Positions 36,002 through 45,964 of a stretch of 64,000 nt of DNA are shown one piece after another (within the stretch, counting starts at the first letter, position 1; each line of letters begins with the position of its first letter). Source of the stretch: Candidatus Woesearchaeota archaeon (GTDB lineage: Archaea; Nanobdellota; Nanobdellia; Woesearchaeales; ARS49). Where the stretch lies: assembly GCA_030750765.1 (NCBI GenBank), contig JASMHM010000004.1:3013-67012 (forward strand). The letters are read 5' to 3'. The notes beneath the pieces were generated by a model. The model was not told the origin of the DNA. It made no database searches and saw nothing but the letters and a program-made list of their open reading frames with translations. Both the position numbers and the translations under genes were made by a program.

Positions 36002-36327
36002 AAAAATTCATCCAAACATGCTACAAATGTGAGGCTAAGGTAAAGGCAGCTACGGTCAACAAAGAAGGAGTGCGGCTTCGCTGTCTCCGCTGTCCAAAGT
36101 GTGGAGAGGAGTATTTCACCTCGAGTGAGCTCATTAAGTATGATATTCTAAAGGGCAAGCGCAGCCTGGTGAGGAAATTCGGCCAGCTTGGTGATTCTGT
36201 AATCATGCGCGTTCCGCAAAAAATACTGAAAGATCTTGGTGTGAAGCCTGGAGACTATGGTGTGTTTGAAGAAAGAAAAGATGGCATCTTTATCAAAACG
36301 TATTCTGCAAAGGAAATAAGGATCTAG
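35998..36327 (+). CDS. zinc-ribbon + SpoVT/AbrB (MazE-like swapped-hairpin) DNA-binding protein; putative antitoxin/regulator
   Basis: CYKCEAK…CLRCPKCGEE zinc ribbon, then RKFGQLGDSVIMRVPQKILKDLGVKPGDYGVFEE (AbrB/MazE signature). Confidence 0.6.
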   Translation: MKKFIQTCYKCEAKVKAATVNKEGVRLRCLRCPKCGEEYFTSSELIKYDILKGKRSLVRKFGQLGDSVIMRVPQKILKDLGVKPGDYGVFEERKDGIFIKTYSAKEIRI

Positions 36328-37628
36328 ATCTTAAACCCGGGTTTGTAGCGGTAGTTGTAGCCTGTTACTCTGCTACCAAAGTATCTTCCTGGTCCTCTAG
36401 GGTTGTTAGGAACGTCAAGTCTTCTTGTGGGGGTTGAGTCTCTGTTGATTAATCTCTCTCCAACGCTTGCTACGGCATCTTCTCCGTCATACACTCCGCC
36501 ATACGTAGTGTCACATCGAATAAGATAGACTAGGCCTGGCCGTATAGGCGAGGTGGCAAGCACTTTCTCTGGGAATGGCTTGCTTCGTATGTTTCTGTTT
36601 CCAGGAACGTAGGTTAGGAATTCGGTAGAATGACCTCCGCCTCGTGCGATGCTGCATCCTTTGAGTGTTTCATAAGCACGCATACCTTGCTGTCCAGCTC
36701 GTGAAGGCACGGCGGTTAGACTTCTTCCGAGTATCTCAATGCTAAAGCTTCCCGGATCATCTCCTGCGAACGTAAACGTTGATCGCTTTCCACAACGAGC
36801 CACATACACATTACCTGCGGTTAGCGTGTGGGTAATGGGTGCGTGTGTAAGAGTAGAAAGGTCGAGAGTTCTTCTTCGATCGTTTTGGCTTTCACTAGGA
36901 ACGTCGAGCACGTCGCAACCGGTAAGTTGCATGAAGGCAAGCACGCTGACATTGTCTACTACAGGCACGCTGAAGAAGTTATCCCCTTCGATGAACTTCA
37001 TTTCGAAGGTTCCTCTTTTTGTCCCATCAATAAGTTTTATCTCCTTTTCGAGCACGTTGTTGCCGTGGTCGCTTTCGAGGATAGCGCCTCTAGGTCGTAG
37101 GCCTTGTCCTTGGATAGGGTTGATGGTAACTCTGATCTTGAAATCGTGTTGTACTGGTTTCCTGCATATATCTGGTAGGCCGTATTTGAGTCCAGAGATG
37201 AAGCTGGTCATTTTTACTTTCTCACCAGGTGCAATCTTTGTGTAGCGCATGCTTCTTGCTGTTCTTGTGGCGTCAGGATTGCCGAAACCTCCACCAACAC
37301 TCTGGCGTATTCGGCAGCTGCTAAGATCTCTACTGTCAATCTCGAAGTCTATGCGTAGGTTCCCCTTCATCCATCCTCTGCCAACGTTTTGGATTTCTAC
37401 ATCGATGGCTTCTAGTGTTGAGTATCTTGGGAGTTCGTCAGGAACGAATATTTTTGTGACCACCATGTCTGGTAATAGAAGATTAGTGTTTGTGTATACT
37501 TGGTTGCGCTGGTAGGATTCGGGACCTTTGTGGCGCTCGTAGTTTGCCGTCTGGCCTATAGTGCTTCCTGCTAGTGCAAAGAGGATGAGACATACGGCTC
37601 CTAACCGTGTTGCGGTACGCGGGTCCAT
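36324..37628 (-). CDS. secreted hypothetical protein (signal peptide, 434 aa)
   Basis: N-terminal MDPRTATRLGAVCLILFALAGSTIG. AAAGGTTTAAATAAGC box 20 bp upstream. Confidence 0.65.
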   Translation of the reverse strand: MDPRTATRLGAVCLILFALAGSTIGQTANYERHKGPESYQRNQVYTNTNLLLPDMVVTKIFVPDELPRYSTLEAIDVEIQNVGRGWMKGNLRIDFEIDSRDLSSCRIRQSVGGGFGNPDATRTARSMRYTKIAPGEKVKMTSFISGLKYGLPDICRKPVQHDFKIRVTINPIQGQGLRPRGAILESDHGNNVLEKEIKLIDGTKRGTFEMKFIEGDNFFSVPVVDNVSVLAFMQLTGCDVLDVPSESQNDRRRTLDLSTLTHAPITHTLTAGNVYVARCGKRSTFTFAGDDPGSFSIEILGRSLTAVPSRAGQQGMRAYETLKGCSIARGGGHSTEFLTYVPGNRNIRSKPFPEKVLATSPIRPGLVYLIRCDTTYGGVYDGEDAVASVGERLINRDSTPTRRLDVPNNPRGPGRYFGSRVTGYNYRYKPGFKI

Positions 37629-37661
37629 GGTGTGTCTTTGTGTAAGTGCTTATTTAAACCT

Positions 37662-37865
37662 TTAGTAGGTTTCTACAGACTTCTCCTTAGGGACTTCCCC
37701 TTGTGAAGCAGTATTAGACTGGGCGAACATGCTAGAAAACGCGTTAGCACTTTCCTCGCTAGGTTCGTTGGAAGCTAGGACATGCCCGCCAAGTGATTGT
37801 AAGAGTTGGACAGCTCTCTGGATATCTTCCTCGCTGTCTTTGGTAGTATCAATTTCTATGCGCAT
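37662..37865 (-). CDS. small acidic protein, hypothetical
   Basis: 67-aa ORF. Confidence 0.4.
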   Translation of the reverse strand: MRIEIDTTKDSEEDIQRAVQLLQSLGGHVLASNEPSEESANAFSSMFAQSNTASQGEVPKEKSVETY

Positions 37866-37911
37866 ACGACTAAATGCTTGGTAGTATTATATATCAATTG
37901 AGTACGTACTA

Positions 37912-38115
37912 TCACATGTCGCCCTTTCCTCGGTGCCAGCCAAGGTGTTCTGAGAGTTTAGAGTTGTTACGATAGGTAAGTCCCACGTTGACGACAAGTA
38001 AGGCGGTCATGACTTCCTCAAATCCTAGACTTCCCCCAACTGCTTTGCGCAATACCTCTATGGTTATCCAAATCACAAAGGCCAAAAACAGCCAATACAC
38101 GATCGAATGTTTCAT
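37912..38115 (-). CDS. small two-TM membrane protein
   Basis: Start set at MKHSIVYW, downstream of the listed ORF start. Confidence 0.4.
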   Translation of the reverse strand: MKHSIVYWLFLAFVIWITIEVLRKAVGGSLGFEEVMTALLVVNVGLTYRNNSKLSEHLGWHRGKGDM

Positions 38116-38256
38116 GTCAGCATCAACCTCATAAACCACAGTATGAGTGCGATCAATAATGCAAGCATCGCCCAGTCTAGAGGTTCCTTTGGCATGCTAC
38201 GCTCATCGCAAGAATCTTTTATATGCGTTTCGAATCCCTTCCGGAAGATTTCCGGA

Positions 38257-39321
38257 TTATCCGACGGTAGCAAACCCTTCACTCGTCGCTTTCCTCACGT
38301 CAAACGCTTCTGGACCTGCGGCAATCATGCCTTTACTGGTGAATCTTAGTTGGGGCACGGTTACGCCTTCGATGTCTGCAGTCGTAAGCCACTCTTGGAG
38401 GGGTTGGTCTTGCTGCAAGCCTGTGATTATCAGTTTTGCAGCGTCATAAGCTGGCGCTGCACTAGGTCCTGTGGGTGGTTGGCCGTGTTTTTTTGTGAAA
38501 CGCTCAACAAACCCTTTGTGGGCTTCTGTTTCCTTGGGGTACGGGTGGTATACGCCTCCTTGATATGCTAGCTGCCATTCTAGCATGGTTTCGCTCTCTG
38601 TTTGGTGGCCTAAGAAGAGAGGAATATCTAACCCGAGCTCTTGTGCTTGTTTCATGAACGGGAGCAAGGTTTCATCTGACGTAAAGGCAACGTACACAGC
38701 ATCGGCTTGTTCCTTGATCTTTAGCAATATCGTTCTGAAGTCTTGGACTTGGTTGCTGGCAGCAAAGATTTCGAGTTCTTCTGCTGTCTCCTTTTCGAAC
38801 AAATCTTTTTGGAAGGTGGCCCATGTGTTGAGGTTGTACACGACTGCTATGTTGTCATGTCCTTGGCTTGTTACAAAAGAAGATATTTTTTGTACTGCTG
38901 AGATATCGCTATACCACGTCGAGAACAAGTAGGGGTAGTTTACTGTTGCTTCTACTCCTTCGGATATGCTGGGGGAGATCATGACCTTGCCATGTCGTTG
39001 TGCCAAGGGCGCAACAGCTGCGGTGTCTTCATCCCACGTAGGTCCTATGATGGCTGCTACGTTATCTAAGGTGATGAGTTTGGTGGCTGCGGTTACGGCA
39101 ACCGTTTGGGTGGTGTGAGTGTCTTCAGGGATCAACAAGAAATTGCCCCCTTCTGCATTAGCTTCTTCGATGGCTAGTTGTACGCTCTTCAGTTCATCTG
39201 CTCCCCAACTCTCACCTCCTCCAGTAAGCGCAAACAATCCTCCTATCTTTATCGTAGGCTCTGTGGTCATGTGGCCTGTTGCACAAGCCACCAAAAATAA
39301 GAGGAGAAATGCCTGTTTCAT
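38257..39321 (-). CDS. periplasmic-type substrate-binding protein, PBP type 1 (LivJ/branched-chain amino-acid family), solo
   Basis: Signal/lipobox-like N-terminus (LLFLVACATG), IKIGGLFALTG… typical of Leu/Ile/Val-binding proteins. No permease or ATPase nearby. Confidence 0.75.
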   Translation of the reverse strand: MKQAFLLLFLVACATGHMTTEPTIKIGGLFALTGGGESWGADELKSVQLAIEEANAEGGNFLLIPEDTHTTQTVAVTAATKLITLDNVAAIIGPTWDEDTAAVAPLAQRHGKVMISPSISEGVEATVNYPYLFSTWYSDISAVQKISSFVTSQGHDNIAVVYNLNTWATFQKDLFEKETAEELEIFAASNQVQDFRTILLKIKEQADAVYVAFTSDETLLPFMKQAQELGLDIPLFLGHQTESETMLEWQLAYQGGVYHPYPKETEAHKGFVERFTKKHGQPPTGPSAAPAYDAAKLIITGLQQDQPLQEWLTTADIEGVTVPQLRFTSKGMIAAGPEAFDVRKATSEGFATVG

Positions 39322-39416
39322 GTACTGTTGAAGCCACAATACACTTTAATAGATTATTAACCCTGTACAGGGTATAGAACAATAACATTTTTATGTGAGC
39401 AGATTCTAAGAGGGGT

Positions 39417-40163
39417 ATGTATGAACGTTCGCTGCAGAAGATTGGCCTTACGTCAGGCGAGGCCAAGGTGTATGAAGCGTTACTCGTCACCGGACCCTCC
39501 ACCGTAGGCCCTATTGTCAAAGAATCAGGGGTTGCGTACTCGAATGTGTATGAAATTCTCCAAAGACTGATCGAAAAGGGCATTGTAAGTTTGATAACCA
39601 AAGAGAAAACAAAGCATTTTCACGCCGTAGAGCCCACGCGTTTGAAAGAATACGTGGCAAAACAAGCCGCCGCAGTCCAACAGAGTCAAAACGTGCTGAA
39701 AGATGTGCTGCCCTCCCTCAAAAACCTTGCAGGTGAGGCCAGCCCACTCCATGTCGAGGTTTTTGTGGGTATGAAAGGGCTGAAAACTGCGTACGAACTC
39801 CTGGTGGCAGGAGGAAAGAAAGGGGATAAGGGTCAGTTTGTTTATGTATACAACAAAAAATACTACAAAGCAACCGAACGCTTCTACGTCGATCTTTGGA
39901 AGGAGATTCGTACCTCTCCCATTCGCTGGGAGGGGATTTGCAATGAGGAGTACCGTCCAACCGTGCTGGGTCAGAAGAAGGAAAAAACATTAGAACAACG
40001 CTACGTAGATCTTCCTCTTGCAGGAAACATAGACTTGTTCAAAGATCGCTTACTAATAGAGATCTGGGCTGACAAACCTTTAGGCATTCTCATTACATCC
40101 CAAGAAGTGGCAGACAATTTTAGAACGTACTTTGATGGACTGTGGAAGGTTTCTAAGCCTTAA
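39417..40163 (+). CDS. TrmB-family transcriptional regulator
   Basis: N-terminal wHTH LTSGEAKVYEALLVTGPSTVGPIVKESGVAYSNVYEILQRLIEKGIV plus TrmB-like C-domain. TATA CATTTTTAT 23 bp upstream. Confidence 0.75.
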   Translation: MYERSLQKIGLTSGEAKVYEALLVTGPSTVGPIVKESGVAYSNVYEILQRLIEKGIVSLITKEKTKHFHAVEPTRLKEYVAKQAAAVQQSQNVLKDVLPSLKNLAGEASPLHVEVFVGMKGLKTAYELLVAGGKKGDKGQFVYVYNKKYYKATERFYVDLWKEIRTSPIRWEGICNEEYRPTVLGQKKEKTLEQRYVDLPLAGNIDLFKDRLLIEIWADKPLGILITSQEVADNFRTYFDGLWKVSKP

Positions 40164-40593
40164 CGCGAAGCCACCGAAAGCCTCTTCTCGGGAGCCAAAT
40201 AACTCTTTTACATTGGAAGCCTATCTCGTCGTACTCCGCAAACTGGGCCAGTGTTTCTCTCTGGTCAATAAGAAGCAACGTGATGGGATCTCCGTCTGTC
40301 CTGCGGTTGTACCTTGGATGGAAGTCCACGATCGCATTTCCCATGCTCACCCAAGAATGCTCCACGTACCTGTCGCCCACACCCCTCTTCTCAAGTGTTT
40401 CTGCTACTGGGCTAGCAATTTCGTGAAGATACTCCACAAGCTTACGTGTGTTGTAGGCCACCATGCCATGGTGTACCTGACAATGCGGGCCTATCTTATC
40501 TGCTAAACTCACAGCGTACTCGTGGCATCGCCAATGTTTTTTTCTGAGCTTCATGAGCATGTCGGGAACGTTTACTCGTAACAAGTGCTGCAT
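40153..40593 (-). CDS. hypothetical protein
   Basis: 146-aa ORF. Confidence 0.5.
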   Translation of the reverse strand: MQHLLRVNVPDMLMKLRKKHWRCHEYAVSLADKIGPHCQVHHGMVAYNTRKLVEYLHEIASPVAETLEKRGVGDRYVEHSWVSMGNAIVDFHPRYNRRTDGDPITLLLIDQRETLAQFAEYDEIGFQCKRVIWLPRRGFRWLRVKA

Positions 40594-40647
40594 GATTTGT
40601 TGAGTGGGCGTAACCTTAAAAACCCCTTGGCATGTTTCGTTCTATGC

Positions 40648-40720
40648 GGGCCCGTAGTTTAGCGGCTATAACGTCTCGTTCACAGCGAGAAGGTCGCCAG
40701 TTCGAATCTGGCCGGGCCCA
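40648..40720 (+). tRNA. tRNA-Val (anticodon CAC)
   Basis: Acceptor GGGCCCG/CGGGCCC, anticodon stem TCTCG/CGAGA with loop TTCACAG, T-arm GCCAG-TTCGAAT-CTGGC, discriminator A. Confidence 0.85.
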
Positions 40721-40783
40721 CTCACTTTACAATAGAGGGACCGAAGGTCGCTCATTTTTGCTCGAGCTTTTGGAAAAGGTCGC

Positions 40784-41788
40784 TCAATAACACTTAGTTT
40801 CGCAGCCTTTGCAGGCAGAACCCATGCAGCTTTCTTTGCATCTCTCAACACACTCTTCATAGAAGGGGGTCTTGGTTGCTCCTTCGCCAAATCTTCTTCC
40901 CGTATAACTTCCAGCAGTAAAGTCTTCTGCTGGGCCCTGGCCTTGGACAGGTGAACTGCTTAGGCGTTTGCTTTCTGTCTCTATAACTCTCTCCACCAAC
41001 CGGTTGTTCTCCCAGCTGAGTGGCGTGTCTGCAGCAATCCCTCCGCCTACGGTGAAGGATCCATCGGTGTTCATGCCTAGTTCTTTTCTCACCACCAAAC
41101 TGCCGGTGCCGATAAGCAATTGTTTGCCGCTCACTTGCACAGAAGCTTGTTTGGTGCTTTCATACGCAACAACCGGAGCAAAGATCATTCTTCCTTGACC
41201 GGTCAAGTGCATGCTCTTGTCTGCTAGAAAGTCAATAACTACGACAGAGTCTTGGCCTGGTACGATGACAATATCTCCTACCATGTTCATGATTTTTAGG
41301 GGCATTTTTGCGGTCATGTCGCCGCCGCCCTTGTCTACCTTTACGTCTGAGATGATCATCTGTAGTTCTGGATAAGTTCCAGCATCCAGTTCTATCTTGC
41401 CAATAAATCCTGGAACGCCTGACTTCTTGAGTTGTAGTAAGTCAAACTGCTTGTTGTCCATGTCTACACTGAAAGGTTCGCCTTCGGCAGCGACCACACG
41501 TAAATTACCAATAAGGATGTCAATCTGTCGAAGTTGGTCTACTTCAAAGGCATCGTCGGTTATACCTACGTATAAGGTTCCTTTGGTGGCAGAACTGGCC
41601 ACAGGAGTGTCTTCTGATGTTGTATCGGTAGTGTCTGTTGTGTCGCTAGTAGAATCGGTTGGTGTTTCGGTAGCACTCTCAGGGGTGTCTGCCTCTTCTG
41701 TTGTGATGATTTCTGCTGGTGTAATAACTTCGTCACCACCACAGCCCACAACCATGAGCAAACATAACAGTGCAAACCACCTTTTCAT
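40784..41788 (-). CDS. secreted lipoprotein-like protein with Thr-rich linker and C-terminal Cys-rich module
   Basis: MKRWFALLCLLMVVGCGG lipobox-like N-terminus, TDTTDTT linker, C-terminus …ECVERCKESCMGSACKGCETKCY. Confidence 0.6.
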   Translation of the reverse strand: MKRWFALLCLLMVVGCGGDEVITPAEIITTEEADTPESATETPTDSTSDTTDTTDTTSEDTPVASSATKGTLYVGITDDAFEVDQLRQIDILIGNLRVVAAEGEPFSVDMDNKQFDLLQLKKSGVPGFIGKIELDAGTYPELQMIISDVKVDKGGGDMTAKMPLKIMNMVGDIVIVPGQDSVVVIDFLADKSMHLTGQGRMIFAPVVAYESTKQASVQVSGKQLLIGTGSLVVRKELGMNTDGSFTVGGGIAADTPLSWENNRLVERVIETESKRLSSSPVQGQGPAEDFTAGSYTGRRFGEGATKTPFYEECVERCKESCMGSACKGCETKCY

Positions 41789-41819
41789 AGGGGGCAGTCA
41801 AGAAAGGTTTCTTATAAAC

Positions 41820-42290
41820 TTATGGTTTGTGAACAACATACGTTTTTGAGATCTTATCGTGCAAGCTTTGCTTTTTTTGGTCCCACGCAATCATCAAGTG
41901 GCCGATACCAAAGGCCATTCCACTGATGATCTTGGCCAGATTTCTGATGACCGCGCCCGAGATCCCTATAAACTTTCCTTCTGGAGTAACAATGCGAATT
42001 TTCATGACGAACTTTCCTGGCGTGCCACCATAGACGCCCTCTAAGTATACGATTAAGCCAACTAAGATGACGTAGATGAGGTAGCCAATGCTTTCCAAGC
42101 CGGTTACAAGGGTCAATATGCCTGCAATGATGATGAACGGAATCCCTAGGATTAATCCGTCAAGGAAGTGTGCTAACAATCGTATCCAGAAACCCGCATA
42201 TCGTGCTTGGTTCATGTTGAACTCCATAATCAAAAAATTCCTTACCCCGTTATTAAAGCTTTCGTGTTTTTGCCTCTTCGTAGACTGCAA
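41820..42290 (-). CDS. RDD-family membrane protein
   Basis: YAGFWIRLLAHFLDGLI … GGTPGKFVMKIRIV … HDKISKTYVV (RDD motif layout). Confidence 0.7.
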   Translation of the reverse strand: MQSTKRQKHESFNNGVRNFLIMEFNMNQARYAGFWIRLLAHFLDGLILGIPFIIIAGILTLVTGLESIGYLIYVILVGLIVYLEGVYGGTPGKFVMKIRIVTPEGKFIGISGAVIRNLAKIISGMAFGIGHLMIAWDQKKQSLHDKISKTYVVHKP

Positions 42291-43242
42291 AGTAGAACAG
42301 ATCTCTAAAGGCGTTAACGACGTTTACTAGCACCACAAAGATAATCATAAGGACTGCACTGAGGGCAATCTTGCCTGCACCCGTACCAAAGAGTATCACA
42401 CCACTGCTGCTGTTGGCCGGATTCCCTAAGAAACTCTGACCTAAGCTTCCGATGCCGTATATGATCAAGCCTACCACGAATACCATCCAGAATTGTCCTT
42501 TTACTAAGTTCCAGCTTTCTCCGATGCTGCTGAATATGTCTTCTTCGTCCACGAAGAGCGCGGAAATGGAGAACAACAGTTTGGTGCTCAGGTAGGTGGT
42601 CACGATTAGTAGCAAAAAGCCGAAGAGTACTGTTGCAATGATCGCAACAATAGGGTTAAGCTTGAAGGCCAAGAACACAATGCCTCCTGCGATAAAGAAA
42701 GGAAGGAACAGTATCGCGGAAAGGATGATGCGGATGAAGAGGAATCTCCACCAGAACTTGTTGGCCATGCCTAGCGTGCTGCCAAAGTCAGTATCCTGGC
42801 CGGTAACGGCTAAAGCTGCCATGCCGTAGGTGGCGCTTCTGCAGTACAAACCAAAGAGAAGACCAAAGACGGTGATGACGCTTACGAGTATGATGTTTTG
42901 TTGGGTGAGCAGGTCGGTAAACTTGTTCCAGGTGAAGCCTTTTGATTCTAAGTAAGGGCCCATTCCTTTTTTGTAGCTTCCTTTTCCAGTGATGTAGCTT
43001 CCTGCTGCTAGCCAATCTCCCTTGTTCTGGGGATCAAAGTCATTGAAGGTTTCGTTAGCCTGCACCTCGTCATATTCTTCAAGAAGTGTTTGGAATTCTC
43101 GCACTGCTTCCCCTGCGCCGGTTACTTGGACGGCGAGGAGTACGAGCACAAACGTCACGAGTGTTGCAACAATACCGGGTATGATGATTCCTTTGTGTTC
43201 TTTTATGAGATCAAAGCTTTCTCGGAATGCATCCCCAATCAT
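42253..43242 (-). CDS. polytopic membrane protein (YciC/DUF975-like?), hypothetical
   Basis: 329 aa with about 6 predicted TM helices. Overlaps the RDD gene start region. Confidence 0.6.
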   Translation of the reverse strand: MIGDAFRESFDLIKEHKGIIIPGIVATLVTFVLVLLAVQVTGAGEAVREFQTLLEEYDEVQANETFNDFDPQNKGDWLAAGSYITGKGSYKKGMGPYLESKGFTWNKFTDLLTQQNIILVSVITVFGLLFGLYCRSATYGMAALAVTGQDTDFGSTLGMANKFWWRFLFIRIILSAILFLPFFIAGGIVFLAFKLNPIVAIIATVLFGFLLLIVTTYLSTKLLFSISALFVDEEDIFSSIGESWNLVKGQFWMVFVVGLIIYGIGSLGQSFLGNPANSSSGVILFGTGAGKIALSAVLMIIFVVLVNVVNAFRDLFYFAVYEEAKTRKL

Positions 43243-43273
43243 AACCCTATCGGAGGCGTGTGATATAAAAAAG

Positions 43274-44038
43274 TTAGTCTTTGAAGACCTTTTGGTAGTT
43301 TGCGTACAGAATGGTCTCTGCTTCTTTCGTGTCCAAACCCTTAATTTTAGCTATACGTTCCACTGTGCGTGAGACGTTTGCAGGTTCGTTTCTCTCCTCG
43401 AGGTTGTTGAGCCACGGGGCGTCTGTCTCTGTAAGTAATTGGTTGATGTTGACCGTGTTTACGATCATCTCAAAATGGCTGCTTCTTAGTAGTATAGGTG
43501 GAATGCTGAAGTACATGCCATCCTCTGCAGCTTGCTTGACTAATGACTTTCTTCCTCCGAAACAGTGTAGCACGGATTTTACAGGTTGGAAGCCTAGGAC
43601 CTCTACTACCTCTTTTTCTGCCTTTCTGGAGTGTACGATGACGGGTTTGCCTATTTTTTTGGCTACATCAACGAATTTTTTGAAGATTTTGATCTGTTGT
43701 TCTATTCTTGTGACTGTTTTGAAGTCCATTCCTATCTCTCCCACCCCTACAATCTTGTCTTTGTTGTTCAATATGTACTCAATAGCTTGGTCAACGTCCT
43801 CAGGAGGGCCCTGCATGCCGTCATCATCTATGCCTAGTGCATCCAGAGGGTACATTCCTAGGCTTGCACGGACGATATCCGGATATTTTTCGGTTAACCC
43901 TATCACTTGCTTGTTTGTTTCGTTATTCGTCCCTGCAGTGATGATACGCTTGACTCCTGCGTCTCTAGCACGCTGGATAACCTTGTCTAAGTCGTCAAAC
44001 AGGCCGTGTGTTAAGTGACAGTGTACGTCGGTAAGCAT
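43274..44038 (-). CDS. tatD: TatD-family metal-dependent DNase/hydrolase
   Basis: MLTDVHCHL…, conserved His/Asp/Glu pattern of TatD; 254 aa. Confidence 0.85.
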   Translation of the reverse strand: MLTDVHCHLTHGLFDDLDKVIQRARDAGVKRIITAGTNNETNKQVIGLTEKYPDIVRASLGMYPLDALGIDDDGMQGPPEDVDQAIEYILNNKDKIVGVGEIGMDFKTVTRIEQQIKIFKKFVDVAKKIGKPVIVHSRKAEKEVVEVLGFQPVKSVLHCFGGRKSLVKQAAEDGMYFSIPPILLRSSHFEMIVNTVNINQLLTETDAPWLNNLEERNEPANVSRTVERIAKIKGLDTKEAETILYANYQKVFKD

Positions 44039-44057
44039 GATTGATCAAGAAGGTCTA

Positions 44058-44354
44058 CTATTTATATCTGCTTCGGTGTGTAATGGCTTGAAGCAATCGG
44101 TGTGCGGCATAGGTTGCACAATCACGGTCTGCCAGGGCCAGTGCATCAATAAGGCAATCGTCTATTTTACCCATGTTTTTGGGGTCATCTACCGTAACTT
44201 CATCATCAATCGTGATGCTTACGTGCGTAGATTCTGGTTCGGCCTCTCCGATATCTCTGTCAAAGCGCGCTCTCACCGTTACCGGAGGTTTTGCTTTACC
44301 TGCAAAACAAAAATAGGTTGTTGCTGCTAGCATCCACTCACTCATATTTTTCAT
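44058..44354 (-). CDS. hypothetical protein
   Basis: 98-aa ORF downstream of tatD on the same strand. Confidence 0.45.
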   Translation of the reverse strand: MKNMSEWMLAATTYFCFAGKAKPPVTVRARFDRDIGEAEPESTHVSITIDDEVTVDDPKNMGKIDDCLIDALALADRDCATYAAHRLLQAITHRSRYK

Positions 44355-44498
44355 AATTTTCTCTTAACTTTTAAAATTTTCCTTCAAAACTTATTTTCTT
44401 TTTTTTTCGAGATCTAGATCTTGAAAAATCCAGATCCATAAATCTGTCAGAAGGATTTCCGAATGGTGTAGTACTGCTCCGTGGTCACTTTTCGGCCC

Positions 44499-45467
44499 TC
44501 AAAGATTGCGAATAAGGATCTGAACAATCACAAATGCCGCGTACAAAGCCACCATGATGACGCCATGGCGCCAGGTAGCGATTTTTTTGTGGGCGAACCA
44601 AGTGAACAAGGTTAAACCTACGATTAAAAATGGAATCGTAACCCACGTGGCCTTGCTGGTGAACGAAAACGGGAAAAAAATTCCTAATAATCCAAAATAC
44701 AACAATAATTCTATCGCAACAGAACCAATAATTTCTCCCACTCCCACGTCGGTGTGCTTGCTCATCACTGCCTTCAGGTTGACCGCAAAGTCTGGCATCG
44801 CCGTACCAATGCCTATAACCGTGATGGCAAGCAAATAACTAGGGATGTTAAACAAACTACTGAGCTGGATGGTGGAGAAGGCAAGCCATCTACCTGCCAA
44901 AAGAATGGCAACCAGGCTTCCCAGGAAGATGAAACTGTCTTTGAACAATCTTGAGGCCTTGACATTGTGAATTTTTCCCAACTTTCTCTCTTCTCTGCAC
45001 ACCCGCCACACGTACACGCAGAAAGCGAGTAGTAAGATGATTCCATCAATTCTTCCGAGCTTCCCATCAAGCAACAAAAACAGAGGAAGCATGAATAACG
45101 GGTAGATGAACCACAAAGTTTTGCCCATGACCTCGCTATCCAACTTTATTTTCTTACCCAAAATCAAAACAACGCCAAGCACGAGCACTGCATGTACCAT
45201 GTTCGTACCTAGAATGGCGCCTAATCCTACGCCAAGATCGTTCAATTGCAGACCCATGAAGCTTACCATCACTTCAGGCATGCTCGCAGCCATGGCAACA
45301 ACTACTAACCCGGAGGTTGCGTCGCTCATGCCTAGCTTCTTTGCATAACCGCTGATGCCTAGCACCAGAAGATCTGCAGCTTTGAAGATGATGAACAAGC
45401 TGGCTAGTATAACTAAGGAGAAAAACACTCCCGGGCTTAGTAGGAAGTCCAGCATAACTCCCAACAC
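44499..45467 (-). CDS. Na+/Ca2+ exchanger (CaCA family, YrbG-like)
   Basis: Two alpha-repeats: GMSDATSGLVVVAMAASMPEVMVSF and GTAMPDFAVNLKAVMS; about 10 TM helices. Confidence 0.8.
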   Translation of the reverse strand: MLGVMLDFLLSPGVFFSLVILASLFIIFKAADLLVLGISGYAKKLGMSDATSGLVVVAMAASMPEVMVSFMGLQLNDLGVGLGAILGTNMVHAVLVLGVVLILGKKIKLDSEVMGKTLWFIYPLFMLPLFLLLDGKLGRIDGIILLLAFCVYVWRVCREERKLGKIHNVKASRLFKDSFIFLGSLVAILLAGRWLAFSTIQLSSLFNIPSYLLAITVIGIGTAMPDFAVNLKAVMSKHTDVGVGEIIGSVAIELLLYFGLLGIFFPFSFTSKATWVTIPFLIVGLTLFTWFAHKKIATWRHGVIMVALYAAFVIVQILIRNL

Positions 45468-45550
45468 TCGTTCTCATATAAATGTGTAATGGCGCACTGG
45501 CCAAGAACAAAAACAGCAGGTTTAAAAACGAACCACCTCTCCGAGTTGCT

Positions 45551-45964
45551 ATGACTGTAGTTGCCGTAGCATTTAACAAAATCTTGGTCGAACGCTTTAA
45601 TCAGATTACTGGTAAGGTAGACATCAAGAACAACGCTGCCGTGCTCGATGTAGAGAAACAAGAGCTAACACTAGGCAGCCAAAAACAAGAAAGTTTGAAG
45701 TTCAAATTCGATTTCCGTGTTGATTACGAGCCCAAAATAGCCACCATCCAATTGGAAGGAGAGGTAGTCTGGGTCGACGAGAAAAAGAACATTGATGATG
45801 CTTTGAAAGGCTGGAAAAAGGACAAGAAGGTCAAACCAGAAATCATGACGCCTGTCTTGAATGCGGTACTAGCCAAGAGCAATGTAGAAGCATTAATTCT
45901 GGCAAAAGAAGCAAACTTGCCACCACCAGTCCAGCTTCCTAAGGTAGAAGCTAAGGCCGAATAA
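45551..45964 (+). CDS. hypothetical protein
   Basis: Start placed at MTVVAV, after the CTCATATAAATG box at about 45470. The listed ORF begins at 45482. Confidence 0.45.
   Translation: MTVVAVAFNKILVERFNQITGKVDIKNNAAVLDVEKQELTLGSQKQESLKFKFDFRVDYEPKIATIQLEGEVVWVDEKKNIDDALKGWKKDKKVKPEIMTPVLNAVLAKSNVEALILAKEANLPPPVQLPKVEAKAE

Noticed and set aside
40666-40890. 74-aa minus-strand ORF
   Set aside because: It overlaps the tRNA-Val gene (40648-40720) and the 3' end of the downstream secreted-protein gene, so it is likely spurious.
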